A stretch of 64,000 nt of DNA from positions 1 to 64,000 of IMG/VR virus record IMGVR_UViG_3300027908_000006; one strand, written 5' to 3'. Origin of the DNA: a virus. Positions 16,438 through 26,425 of the stretch are shown here, in pieces. The translations under genes and the position numbers were made by a program. Positions within the stretch are counted from its first letter, which is position 1; every line of letters begins with the position of its first letter. Below the pieces are notes generated by a model, which worked only from the letters and a program-made list of their open reading frames with translations, was not told where the DNA came from and ran no database searches.

Positions 16438-18327
16438 GTGGCCGACAGCGACGACAACATCGTTGAACTAATCCTTAGAGTCAATGCGGACAATGTATCT
16501 CCCGACGTGAAGAAAGCCATCCAGCAGGCGCAGCAGGAAGCCGACAAGAACCCGGTCAACATCGCGGCCAACACCGGTTCATCGACTGCCGGTCCCAGCG
16601 CCAGTACCATCGAAAAGCTCGCTAAATTACGGGCCAAAGAGGTTGCTCAAGGTTCCACCGCCGACAAGGATGCCCAACGGGCGCAGCGGGCACAGGATCG
16701 GGCCTTGCAGAACCAGGCTACTCGTGAGGCAAGCCAGCGATTACGAGAGGCCCGACAACCGCCGATGCAGCACGTCGCCGACTTCCGCGCCCAGCAAAAG
16801 GCGGATGCGGCGGCGTTGAAGCAGCAAGCCAAAAATCAACCTGAACAGCATCTCGCCGATTGGAAGGCTCAGCAGAAGGCCGACGCTCTCGAACTGAAGC
16901 GGCAGGTAGCCAATCCTCCAGGACAGCACGTCGAGGACTTTCGCGCTCAGCAGCGGGAAATGGAACGACAGGCGAAACTGGCCAAGGCAGAAGAAGTAAA
17001 AGCGCTGAGACAGCAAGCCGCTAACCCGATGGACCAGCATCTTCGGGACCGCACAGCCTATGAACAGACTCAAGCCCAACGCTGGCTCGACACGGAGAAG
17101 AACCGTAAGACGCAAGAGAAGGCCGATGCCGCCGCCGTGAAACAACAGCCGCGCATGGAGCAGCACGTTGCCGATTTCCGGGCACACCAGAAGCGAGTGC
17201 CGGAGGGCGAGACGGTCTATATGTCGCAGTGGCAAGCCGACCGCGCTTTGAAGCAGTTGACGCGGACGCAGGAGGACGCGAAGAAAAAGGTTCAACAGTT
17301 GGGCGACACCGCCAAGAAGACCGGCGGCGGTGTCCAGACGTTAGCAACCACGCTCGGCACGGTGGCCAGCAGTTTTACTGGCGTTTCTCTGAGCGTTGCT
17401 GGTGCTGCATATCTGACCAAAGGAATGGTCGATTATTACCAGCACACGGCGGCAGTGGCGAACCCGAACTTGGCCGCCACTGCGGAAATTAGCCAGAAAC
17501 TCTACGACGCCACGGCAGGAGCCGAACGCGGCGACTACCTGCGTTACAAGGCGGCCCTGGCTCAACAACACGCCCGCAACCCGAACAAGCCAGGCGTGGC
17601 TGAATTTGAGGCGATCAGCAACGTGACCGGCGATTTCCCAAAGTGGCTCGCATTCCAGTTAAGCAGCCAGAAAGAGTTGGATAAATTCCTCAAAGAGAAC
17701 CCAACGCTGAAATCCTTCGCGGGACTGCCACAGTCCCAACAGTTCGCGGGCATGGCCGAATGGCACGCTGCCATAACACAAGAGAATATGAACATGGGTC
17801 CGGCTGAGCGAGAACTGTGGCGAAAACAATTGAATGAGACGATGAAGGACTGGAACGGCGAACGGGCAGCGGCAGCAGATGCAAGAGAAGAACAAGCAAA
17901 GAAAATTGCTACGGGTGTGGCGGCCCAAGAACAACGGCCAGACCTGGAACAACCATCACTGTTTGGTCCGGCAGGGGAAGCAGCAGTTTTGGCTGGCAAA
18001 AAAGTAATGAATGAAGCGGCCAATGCGTGGTACAACATCCGTAATGCGACGGGTGGCGGGTACGATGAAATCCCGCCGCCATTTCCAGAGGCAGGTAGGA
18101 TGCGCGGTATATCGCCGGAAGCCTTTACAGGTGGTGGCGGTGGTCCTGTTTTTGGGCCAATGCCTCAACAATCCATTCCCGACAAGGATAAGATGCTACC
18201 CGACATCCAGACGCAACCGGGCACGAGTACACCGTTGGACGGTAAGATCGACGAATTGATTACGGCTATCAACAACCAGGCTCTCGTCATCGCCGCTGGC
18301 GTCGGCAAGGCCGTCACGGGGATGTAG
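16438..18327 (+). CDS. Tail tape measure protein
   Basis: 629 aa, helical. Tandem ~26-aa repeats at 16768-17193 (QHVADFRAQQKADAAALKQQAKNQPE / QHLADWKAQQKADALELKRQVANPPG / QHVEDFRAQQ... / QHVADFRAHQK). Hydrophobic Gly/Ala/Ser segment TLATTLGTVASSFTGVSLSVAGAAYL. Position fits. Confidence 0.75.
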   Translation: MADSDDNIVELILRVNADNVSPDVKKAIQQAQQEADKNPVNIAANTGSSTAGPSASTIEKLAKLRAKEVAQGSTADKDAQRAQRAQDRALQNQATREASQRLREARQPPMQHVADFRAQQKADAAALKQQAKNQPEQHLADWKAQQKADALELKRQVANPPGQHVEDFRAQQREMERQAKLAKAEEVKALRQQAANPMDQHLRDRTAYEQTQAQRWLDTEKNRKTQEKADAAAVKQQPRMEQHVADFRAHQKRVPEGETVYMSQWQADRALKQLTRTQEDAKKKVQQLGDTAKKTGGGVQTLATTLGTVASSFTGVSLSVAGAAYLTKGMVDYYQHTAAVANPNLAATAEISQKLYDATAGAERGDYLRYKAALAQQHARNPNKPGVAEFEAISNVTGDFPKWLAFQLSSQKELDKFLKENPTLKSFAGLPQSQQFAGMAEWHAAITQENMNMGPAERELWRKQLNETMKDWNGERAAAADAREEQAKKIATGVAAQEQRPDLEQPSLFGPAGEAAVLAGKKVMNEAANAWYNIRNATGGGYDEIPPPFPEAGRMRGISPEAFTGGGGGPVFGPMPQQSIPDKDKMLPDIQTQPGTSTPLDGKIDELITAINNQALVIAAGVGKAVTGM

Positions 18328-18331
18328 TAGC

Positions 18332-19429
18332 ATGGCTGGCCTCATCAACGGCGCTCCCACTGTCGGCTTCACTTACACCGAACGATCCACGGTCACGCCC
18401 TCTCCGGACGATCAAGACATGTCCGACTCGATGCGCCTGATCCGTGAGTTGAACATCATTCCGGGCACGATGGCTGCCCGCTACGCTGCCAAGAAAGCGT
18501 TCCTCGGTTATCCCACGCTGGATTCCTTCCCCATTGGCTCGGCTCCCGGTACGGTGCGTTGGGTGAAACGCACGTTGCCGGACATCAAGACGTGGACCGA
18601 CTTCCCCAACGCCCTCATCGCCGTGGAGACTCGCGGGCGCGCCAGCGTCGGCGTGCCGGACGGCGCGAAGCCGACGTACAACGTCCAGTACCAGATCAAC
18701 GAATACGCGCAGACAGTGATGACGGTGGAGTACCGCAGCACGAACTACACCGTCTTGCCGGACAGTCAGTGCGTGGCCGGTGGCTATTTCCAGACCAATT
18801 TCGGTCTGAACTTGCCCGACGAAGGGTTGATGCAGCGGTACATCAGCCGTTTCTGGCGTTACGCCGGGCACATCGTTACGATCCCGGTCGGTTTCACCGG
18901 CATCGGCGCCGACACGGCGAGCATGAACGCGGACACCTTCGGTGCCGTGCCGAACAAGGGCGGCTCTCCAGTCCGCGTACCGCTGATCGAACTGACGTAC
19001 ATCCAGCACGAATTGCCGCTGGGAGCCGTGCCGACGCAGACGATTTTAGCAACCATCGGCGCCATGACTTCGGTCTACTTCGACCCCTTCGGCTGGAATG
19101 TGCCCCCCTACTGCGCGCTCTACATCGGGGCCGAACCGCGGAACTACGGGAAGCTAATTACCGGCGAACAGGGTTGCTCGATGGAGCATAAGTTTTTGGT
19201 GGCTCCCAACGTCGTTCAGTACGGACCTCAAGCGGGCGTCTTCGGTGGTTGGCGCCGCGTCTTAGCGCCCTTGCCGCCGCTGGCCGGTACAGGAAGCGGA
19301 GGCAAGGCGGTTGCCGACTATCGAGAATTGCGCGTCTATTACGCCAATACGACTCTGGCCTCATCGCTCGGCAACTTCGTCATTCCGGTCATGGACTTCA
19401 CCGCCCTCTTTCGGCCGCCACAGACATGA
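18332..19429 (+). CDS. Distal tail protein (tentative)
   Basis: First gene after the tape measure; 365 aa. Confidence 0.45.
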   Translation: MAGLINGAPTVGFTYTERSTVTPSPDDQDMSDSMRLIRELNIIPGTMAARYAAKKAFLGYPTLDSFPIGSAPGTVRWVKRTLPDIKTWTDFPNALIAVETRGRASVGVPDGAKPTYNVQYQINEYAQTVMTVEYRSTNYTVLPDSQCVAGGYFQTNFGLNLPDEGLMQRYISRFWRYAGHIVTIPVGFTGIGADTASMNADTFGAVPNKGGSPVRVPLIELTYIQHELPLGAVPTQTILATIGAMTSVYFDPFGWNVPPYCALYIGAEPRNYGKLITGEQGCSMEHKFLVAPNVVQYGPQAGVFGGWRRVLAPLPPLAGTGSGGKAVADYRELRVYYANTTLASSLGNFVIPVMDFTALFRPPQT

Positions 19430-21513
19430 GCGAAGAGACGCCTGCACACCCGCAGTTCAAGAAAGAGGACTGGCCGCTGCACAACAGCGCTCAGCTGGAC
19501 GAACTGCGCCGTCTCGACCGGGAGGCCAAGCGCCTGACGCCGCCGTTCCGGGCCGACGTGAGCGGTGAGGACGTGGGCAGCTGGGAAGACGCCGGAGGCA
19601 CGTCCAACTTCAACACCACGCCACAGCACGTTCTGGGACGGATCACCGGGCAGTTCAGCGGGGGCGGCTACCCGTGGTATTCCTTCTCGACGGAGACGTT
19701 CTACAACGGCGGTCCGCCCCCTTCGCTGACCGTCTCCCCATCGAACACGACCTTCACCTACATGGGAGGGGTTAATGACCCGACCACGTTCAATGCCCTG
19801 GAACTCAACGGCAACGAACACGTTCCGGTGGGTTCAGACTCCGCTCAGACCGGCGCTATCTGTCTGTTCTGGCCTCTTGAGGATGGCCAATCGTGGGGCT
19901 TCTTCTACCAGCCTCCCAACGATACGACCTTCACACTGACCACGACCGATAACGTCAACACCGACCCTGACACGTCCACGATCACAGTCGGCTACGGGCT
20001 TAAATACAGCAAGGGAACGGGCGGCAGTGCGGGCAACGACACCTTCTCATCCGATTCGTGGACGCTAAAAGTCAAGTTGCCGCCCGGTGGGATTCAGGCA
20101 TGCGCCAGCGATTCGCCGGGCAGCGCGACGTGCAGCATCTACACGCTCCAGGGTGGGGTGTTGACCGATACCGGCTCCGTGACGACCGTCTTCAACAACT
20201 CCTACGCGCCGACACCGGGGACTCAGTTCGATGAGGCGGTGCTGGGCGGCGACGCATCGACCTACTTCGCGCCCTTCTCCGGTGAGGGCATGGCCGTCCA
20301 GGGCGGCAATCCCACCTTCGCCCAGCCGAATATCGACATCCAGTCGGCCGACACGACGCTGCTCACGGTCACGCTGGCCAATGATAATGTCGGCCATATC
20401 GGGCACTACACGCTGCGGCCTGTCGGCGGCACGAGCGTTCAAATCAACACGACCTCGCCGACGTACAAGTTCAACCTGCTCAATTTGGTAGCAGGCACGA
20501 ACATCAAGATGAATCTGGCCTCGGACACGCCGTCCGCAGGAGTGTTCCGCAGCAGCGATACGATCACTTCGGGGCTGTACGTCTCCGACTCGTTTGGTTC
20601 CTCTGATTCATTCGCGGAGTCCATCGCGTTCGTCGGCCTCGGCATTGCCACAGTCACATTGACGCCGGGGGCCGGTGGCAACGATACGGTCACAGTCAAT
20701 GTGGCCTCTCAGACGCTCAAAGGGTACACGGGCAACACGGCGATTCCCGCTTGTGTCAGCGGCGGCGGGGGCGATACGCCGGGCACGGCGACGATAGCAA
20801 TTTACTACCTGTTGGGTGGGGTGCTGTTGCCCACAGGTTCTTCGTCGCCGGTGTTCAACAACGCGTTCGTGCCGGTTCCGGCCTACTCGTATGTGGACAT
20901 CATCACGGAACCGGTTTCGGGCGGCAAACTGACGACTTTCGACGGGGAGGGGTTCGAGCATAACGACGATTCGACGACATTGTTTGCGGCGCAAATTGCC
21001 GATTTCCAGGACAATCCAGGCAATGTGTCGTTTTCGGTCACACAAGATGCGCCGGGCCACCGGGCGAAGATCAAGGCGACGGCGCCGGCAAGCGGCATCA
21101 CGACAGGGTCTAATGCACTGTCCACGAACTACACTCTAACAGCCTCGGACACGGTAATTTTCAGTTTAACGCTACCGGCGGCTGGCATATACTTGCTGAG
21201 CGCGCAGGCTTTGTGTTACTTTGCCAGTATACCCATGCCGAATCAGGAGCGGATCGTTCTGTACCTCTACGATTCGACCAATTCGCAATACATCGAGACG
21301 ACTCAAGCGCTCACCACAATGCAGACTCCCGGAATCGAAGTTTACCAGACGCTAACGATACAGCCGATTTCGTACACTGCTATCGGTCCAACGGTTATCA
21401 GCCTGTACGGGCATGAGGAAAATGGAGGTCATTCGGCAACGGGACTGGCTATCATTCATGCCGGTCTATTCGTCCACACGGCAACCAGTATCAATTGGGA
21501 AAAGATCGGCTAA
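19426..21513 (+). CDS. Tail hub / baseplate-associated protein (tentative)
   Basis: ATG 19426 overlaps the upstream stop (ATGA). 695 aa, Thr/Ser/Gly-rich. Confidence 0.45.
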   Translation: MSEETPAHPQFKKEDWPLHNSAQLDELRRLDREAKRLTPPFRADVSGEDVGSWEDAGGTSNFNTTPQHVLGRITGQFSGGGYPWYSFSTETFYNGGPPPSLTVSPSNTTFTYMGGVNDPTTFNALELNGNEHVPVGSDSAQTGAICLFWPLEDGQSWGFFYQPPNDTTFTLTTTDNVNTDPDTSTITVGYGLKYSKGTGGSAGNDTFSSDSWTLKVKLPPGGIQACASDSPGSATCSIYTLQGGVLTDTGSVTTVFNNSYAPTPGTQFDEAVLGGDASTYFAPFSGEGMAVQGGNPTFAQPNIDIQSADTTLLTVTLANDNVGHIGHYTLRPVGGTSVQINTTSPTYKFNLLNLVAGTNIKMNLASDTPSAGVFRSSDTITSGLYVSDSFGSSDSFAESIAFVGLGIATVTLTPGAGGNDTVTVNVASQTLKGYTGNTAIPACVSGGGGDTPGTATIAIYYLLGGVLLPTGSSSPVFNNAFVPVPAYSYVDIITEPVSGGKLTTFDGEGFEHNDDSTTLFAAQIADFQDNPGNVSFSVTQDAPGHRAKIKATAPASGITTGSNALSTNYTLTASDTVIFSLTLPAAGIYLLSAQALCYFASIPMPNQERIVLYLYDSTNSQYIETTQALTTMQTPGIEVYQTLTIQPISYTAIGPTVISLYGHEENGGHSATGLAIIHAGLFVHTATSINWEKIG

Positions 21514-21516
21514 AAC

Positions 21517-21954
21517 ATGGGACTGACTGCCAACTATGTCATCACGACAGACGGCAACAGCATTTTCTGGGGGCCGGCGCCATCGGGTCTGCCTTCAGTG
21601 GTTGCAGGGGCCGATCTAACTGGCCAGACTGCGGCAGTCGCTTCAGTGGTAGCCTATACGACCAGCGCGGATGGAACGTATCGGGTGGCGGTCTACCTGA
21701 CTGTTACCGCTGTCACGCTGGACGTGATTCAGGTCAAAGTGACATACACGGATGAGACGAACACGAGCAGAACGCAGGCGTTCTTCCCAACGGGAGTTAC
21801 TTCGGCCAATGTCTCGACAGTAGGAGCTTTCGCTTTTGCACCCATAAACATCCGCGTTAAATCAGGAACGACGATCACGATCGCTACCACACTGGTGACC
21901 GGATCAGGGACTATCGCTTACGATGTAGGGGCGACTATCGAGCAGCTTCGGTAA
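21517..21954 (+). CDS. Hypothetical tail-associated protein
   Basis: 145 aa, beta-rich. Confidence 0.4.
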   Translation: MGLTANYVITTDGNSIFWGPAPSGLPSVVAGADLTGQTAAVASVVAYTTSADGTYRVAVYLTVTAVTLDVIQVKVTYTDETNTSRTQAFFPTGVTSANVSTVGAFAFAPINIRVKSGTTITIATTLVTGSGTIAYDVGATIEQLR

Positions 21955-21997
21955 CTGTGGGGCCAATGAAGATGACAGACTCGGTAGGTGCATGGGA

Positions 21998-22357
21998 CTA
22001 CTCCGTGAATAGGTTGACAACGACTGTGCGATCTACAGGCGACACCAGTTCCCATTCGATCCAGGGAATCTCCTTCCCATCCGCCTTGTATTGCTCGATG
22101 CAGCCCAGAGCGGCTTCCTTGACGTTCGCCAGAGCTTCCGCCTCCGTCTCGCCCTGGCTGGCCACGCCGGGGAGGTTGCGAGCGATGGCTGAGAAACCGC
22201 CTTCCTTCTCCGCAATCAGGCGGACGTAGAGGCGGTGGGTGAAGTCCGGCAGAAGTTGCACCCATACGGGCTGATTGGGCTGCTGTGGTTCGGACCAAGG
22301 GTTGACGGTGGTTATCGTGTGCACGGCATTCTCCGAAGTGGTATACTGTCCTAACAT
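21998..22357 (-). CDS. hicB: HicB-family antitoxin-like protein (UPF0150 fold), orphan
   Basis: YVRLIAEKEGGFSAIARNLPGVASQGETEAEALANVKEAALGCIEQYKADGKEIPW is the classic HicB N-terminal domain pattern. Start set at ATG 22357 (Met-57 of the track ORF). Minus strand inside a plus-strand tail module. Confidence 0.7.
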   Translation of the reverse strand: MLGQYTTSENAVHTITTVNPWSEPQQPNQPVWVQLLPDFTHRLYVRLIAEKEGGFSAIARNLPGVASQGETEAEALANVKEAALGCIEQYKADGKEIPWIEWELVSPVDRTVVVNLFTE

Positions 22358-22501
22358 TGTACGCAGAGGGCCACGTCTCGCGCTGTGGTTGAAACGTCGC
22401 TGGTGTTGGTTACGCTGGCTACCGTGGCTTGGCGGTATCGTCTGGACATGGGCGGATAACCGCGTCGATGCGTGGCACGTTACCGAAGGCAGGGCTGTTT
22501 G

Positions 22502-22517
22502 AGAGGGCCGGTCCGAT
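22502..22517 (+). repeat. 16-bp direct repeat AGAGGGCCGGTCCGAT, copy 1
   Basis: Immediately precedes ATG 22518. An identical 16-mer lies at 22732-22747. Confidence 0.9.
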
Positions 22518-22733
22518 ATGACCAATGGAATTCTAAACGAGCGTGGTCTAAAAGCTCTAGCAAGTGGCGAGTTGAAGCGCTGTCGGCAATGCGGCTGTGT
22601 CTACGAGGCAGCCGGAGCAGACTTCCGGCACTTCGGTTATTGTTCGCCGGGTTGCCGCGATTATTACATCGGCAGTATCCCGCGGCTGAGCGAGTTTGTG
22701 TCATGGTTGCCAGAAGAGTACCTGGAAAAGTAG
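22518..22733 (+). CDS. Small Cys-rich protein
   Basis: 71 aa with CRQCGC...CSPGC. Bracketed by the 16-bp direct repeats. Confidence 0.4.
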   Translation: MTNGILNERGLKALASGELKRCRQCGCVYEAAGADFRHFGYCSPGCRDYYIGSIPRLSEFVSWLPEEYLEK

Positions 22734-22747
22734 AGGGCCGGTCCGAT
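22732..22747 (+). repeat. 16-bp direct repeat AGAGGGCCGGTCCGAT, copy 2
   Basis: Overlaps the stop of the small ORF and the ATG (22746) of the fibre gene. Confidence 0.9.
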
Positions 22748-25193
22748 GCCGATGGGCTTGTACATGGGACTGAGGATCGACAGCAACCAAGGCGGGGGCG
22801 GTTCGTCATCGGTCACGCTCGGCAAGTACGGTTCCAACCCCGGCGTCCTGCTCTCCACGCCTTCCACGATCCTCGTTCCCACGCCGAACGCGGGTAACCC
22901 ACTGATTGCGATTGGCAGCACGTCCTATCCCACCAACGGCGAACTACGGGACGGCAAGGCCGTGACCGATGGCACGACAGACACTTGGATCATGACGGCG
23001 CCAGTGACATTCAACAACGTCGCCAATCCCTTCCCAGTCCTGGTCCGATACACGTCCCCCGCTGGAGCCAACACCTGGACGCCGCACGGCACGGTTATTG
23101 GCCTGGGCGCCGCGGGCAGGTGGAATGCTGGTGGTTCGTTTGCGCCATCCAAGCCGATCCTCTCCGGCGGCCTGTGGCACATCTATGTTTGTGGTGTACT
23201 CAACACTAATTTCTACTGGGGGTTTGAAGGTTCAACGTGTGCGCTCGGGCACTACACATCCCCGGACCTAATCACCTGGACGGAGGACGTGAACAACCCC
23301 GTCCTTGTCCCCGACCAGCCGTGGGAGGGCAGCAACGGCGTCTATGCAGCGTCGGTGATTCCCTATGCCAGTGGCGGCTGGCTGATGCAGTATTCCACGT
23401 TTAACAACCTCACCGGCGCGTGGGCCAATGCGCTGGCCGTATCGACTAATTTAAGCAGCTGGACGAAACAGGGTTTGGGGTCGCTCTCGTCTGGGGTAAC
23501 GCAGGCTCAGCGCAATGCCAGCCCGCCGCAGGGCTACGTCAAGGAGCAACCGGAGTACCTGCAATATGCGGGGTTGGTCTGGAACGTGACCGACAACATC
23601 CCGAACAACGCCGTGTTCGTCAGTGCGGACGGCGTGAACGAGATGTTCTTCAAGACGATACTCTCGACCAGTTCCATCGGCTGGACTGCCGGGAGTCAGG
23701 GTAGTTGCGGAATGATACTCAACGCCGACAACTCGCTGAACATCGTCTACAACGCGGCCAACAGCAGCAATCGCAACCAAGACGGCGTGGCCAGCGTGCC
23801 CGCATTCCTGAACTTCGGGCCAACGTGGATTGCCGACGCTCCGTCATTTCTGCCCGGTCAAACGTGGTCTATCGGTTGCGACAGCACGGGGACGCAGTAC
23901 GCTTGTCTACCTGGAAAGTATCTGGCGTTTACGACGAGCTTCACCCTGTCGGCTTGTGTGAAGCGCAACGATGGGACGAAGCTGACGACGCTGTTTTCCA
24001 AGCGGTCTTCGGCCGATGCCTCTCTGCTGGAATATGCCCTGTACTGGAATGCGAGCGGCGCTTCTCCGGCCAACAAGCTGCGCTCCGACATTAGCATTGC
24101 CGGGTCGAATCAGGACGTGACCGGCACGGCGGCACACGCGCAAACCGCGTCCTGGCATTTGGCGCATTTGCGTGTCAACGTGGCTGGCGGGAATACGACC
24201 GTTGGGTTCGCATTCGACGGTTCACCGGACGGTTCCTCTACCTTCGCCGGGGCGCCGACGACGTTCGTTAACGACGTGCTGATCGGCGTCGATGAATTGG
24301 TGGATAGCGCTGGCACTTACGCCAATGCCCAATTCTGCGAACTGAACGTCTGGAATCGCTACCTCTCGGACGCCGAAATAGCCGCTCAATTCACCGGCAC
24401 GCCGCCCGCGACGACGAACCAGATATCCCGGATCAAATGTAATGATGGGAGCGGCAAAATCCTGACCGACGCGATAGCCTTCACGCCGTTCACGCCACCG
24501 ACTGCGCTACCTGCGGCGCCGACGCAGCCTGTCTCGCTCTGGCAAGCGGTATTCACACCGAACGGCATCGTCTCCGGCGGGACGCTCACGAATATCTTCG
24601 ACACCGGCCCAGCGAAGAACGATCTGACGTGCAGCGGCAGTGTCTTGCTCGAAGGCAACGTCGCCAACGGCTGGCCCGCCGTGCGCGAGGATGGTTCGAC
24701 TGGCACTTGCACGATGACGACGGGACTCAGTGCGCCGCCGCTTTCTTACATCGCGGTTCTCAAGCCGTCTGCGGCAGGCGTGGCGGCTGGCAACATGGCG
24801 ATTCTCAGCGGGACTGTCGGTGGCATCGAATGGCAGATCACCCAGACCTCGGCCAAGCAAGCACTTAACAAAGCCTTTGTGTCCAACCTTGGCGTGTCCA
24901 ACACGTCGCTGTCTACCTCAGTCCCGCAGATGGTGGGACTGACCATCGACGGTTCGGGGAATGGCAATTTCTATTTGAACGGTGTCGGCGATGGCACGTT
25001 CTCCATCGGCGCCAACACGTTTACCTTCACCCAAGGTTACGTCGGCGCTCAGAACACTGGGGGCACGACGATTGCCGAGCGCTTTGCAGGCGATTGGTAT
25101 GTGATCGGCGTTGATAGCGTGCCGCTGGTGTACACGCCGGCGCAAATGGCGGCCTGGAACACGCGCTGGGCGGCACAGTTCGGGATTAGTTGA
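22746..25193 (+). CDS. Tail fibre / receptor-binding protein with LamG (concanavalin-like) domains
   Basis: 815 aa. LamG_3-type signature ELNVWNRYLSDAEIAAQF. The N-terminal third has a beta-propeller/glycosidase-like flavour (WTEDVNNPVLVP), unverified. Confidence 0.5.
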   Translation: MPMGLYMGLRIDSNQGGGGSSSVTLGKYGSNPGVLLSTPSTILVPTPNAGNPLIAIGSTSYPTNGELRDGKAVTDGTTDTWIMTAPVTFNNVANPFPVLVRYTSPAGANTWTPHGTVIGLGAAGRWNAGGSFAPSKPILSGGLWHIYVCGVLNTNFYWGFEGSTCALGHYTSPDLITWTEDVNNPVLVPDQPWEGSNGVYAASVIPYASGGWLMQYSTFNNLTGAWANALAVSTNLSSWTKQGLGSLSSGVTQAQRNASPPQGYVKEQPEYLQYAGLVWNVTDNIPNNAVFVSADGVNEMFFKTILSTSSIGWTAGSQGSCGMILNADNSLNIVYNAANSSNRNQDGVASVPAFLNFGPTWIADAPSFLPGQTWSIGCDSTGTQYACLPGKYLAFTTSFTLSACVKRNDGTKLTTLFSKRSSADASLLEYALYWNASGASPANKLRSDISIAGSNQDVTGTAAHAQTASWHLAHLRVNVAGGNTTVGFAFDGSPDGSSTFAGAPTTFVNDVLIGVDELVDSAGTYANAQFCELNVWNRYLSDAEIAAQFTGTPPATTNQISRIKCNDGSGKILTDAIAFTPFTPPTALPAAPTQPVSLWQAVFTPNGIVSGGTLTNIFDTGPAKNDLTCSGSVLLEGNVANGWPAVREDGSTGTCTMTTGLSAPPLSYIAVLKPSAAGVAAGNMAILSGTVGGIEWQITQTSAKQALNKAFVSNLGVSNTSLSTSVPQMVGLTIDGSGNGNFYLNGVGDGTFSIGANTFTFTQGYVGAQNTGGTTIAERFAGDWYVIGVDSVPLVYTPAQMAAWNTRWAAQFGIS

Positions 25194-26425
25194 GGTTTTA
25201 CGTGGCCAACAACACACCATCATCGGTGACAGCGAGCCTACCTGTAGGGGTGGGTCCGAAGTTCCTCCAGTACCCGATCGTGGTGGGTAGCAGCATCTTC
25301 ACGGGCGCGTCCTGCAACCTCTTCTACATCATCGGCGGTGATGCGACGAACGGCTTCACGACGCAGGACGTGAATCTGACAGCTGGGATGCCGACGAATG
25401 TCGTGCAACTCAACAGCGCCGCCATTGCCGTTGGCAGCGGCACTACGACAACCGGGACGCAGCGGGTAGCGGTAGCGACGGACAACACGGTCACGGTGGC
25501 CGGGTCAGTATCGGCCACGCTTCAGGGAAACAGTAGCGTCACGCTCACGGCAGGGTCCGTATCGCTCGCGGCGGGTGGAAATCACGTCGTCGTCGATTCG
25601 GGTACGGTCACGGTCAACGGCAGTGTGTCGGCCACATTGAATAACAGTAGTGTGAGCATAAACGGCACGGTTCCGGTCAGTGGGACGTTTTTCCAAGCAA
25701 CGCAACCAGTCAGCGGTACGATTTCACTGAGCGGCAATCCGACGTTCTCGCTCGGCTCGTCAACGCTTCCTGTCTCCCAGACAGGTTCGCCGTGGCCGGT
25801 CGTGTTGGAGGCAGGTTCCGCCTCAACGCCGCTTGGGTCCGCAACGGTCTACGAAGGGGGTACTTGGAACGTAGGTATCACGGGGACGCCGACATTCTCG
25901 CTAGGTGCATCGACTGTGCCGGTGTCGCTCACCGGCAACTCCTCCGTCTCGCTCAATGCGAGCACGCAAATAGTCGGCAAGGTGGGAATTGATCAGACGA
26001 CGCCTGGGGCAACCAACCGTGTGTCACTCAGTACGGATACGGTCACGATGACGCCGGTGTATACCGGCACTTACACGTCCATCCTGGGCAGCGCCACGAT
26101 GGGGGCCAGCAGCGCCAACGTCACCACATCGGCGATCAACCTATGGACTAATGGGGCGCCGGTCGAGATCACGCTGAACATGGCGATCTACAACGGTTCT
26201 TCCTCGCCAAGCGTCGGTGGTTCAGCGACGGTTCAGGTAGCCAACTCGTTCGCAGCGCCAGTGTGGTATAATTTTGGCGGCCCGTTGAACGCGGGCACGA
26301 CTGGCAGCACGACTTACCCGCTAAACATGGAGATTCCACCGGGCTATCGCGGCTTGCAAATCATCTACGGTGGAAATACCGGACAAACAACCTTCATCAG
26401 TGCTGACATTAACGTGGTGACGTGA
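25190..26425 (+). CDS. Tail fibre protein with short beta repeats
   Basis: VTVAGSVSATL / VTVNGSVSATL and TFSLGSSTLPVS / TFSLGASTVPVS repeats; 411 aa. Confidence 0.5.
   Translation: MRFYVANNTPSSVTASLPVGVGPKFLQYPIVVGSSIFTGASCNLFYIIGGDATNGFTTQDVNLTAGMPTNVVQLNSAAIAVGSGTTTTGTQRVAVATDNTVTVAGSVSATLQGNSSVTLTAGSVSLAAGGNHVVVDSGTVTVNGSVSATLNNSSVSINGTVPVSGTFFQATQPVSGTISLSGNPTFSLGSSTLPVSQTGSPWPVVLEAGSASTPLGSATVYEGGTWNVGITGTPTFSLGASTVPVSLTGNSSVSLNASTQIVGKVGIDQTTPGATNRVSLSTDTVTMTPVYTGTYTSILGSATMGASSANVTTSAINLWTNGAPVEITLNMAIYNGSSSPSVGGSATVQVANSFAAPVWYNFGGPLNAGTTGSTTYPLNMEIPPGYRGLQIIYGGNTGQTTFISADINVVT

Noticed and set aside
22358-22530. Search for a HicA toxin gene upstream of hicB
   Set aside because: All three minus-strand frames were read by eye. 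None gives a HicA-like small basic protein with the GSH motif, and the in-frame extension of hicB is Arg/Ser/His-rich junk.
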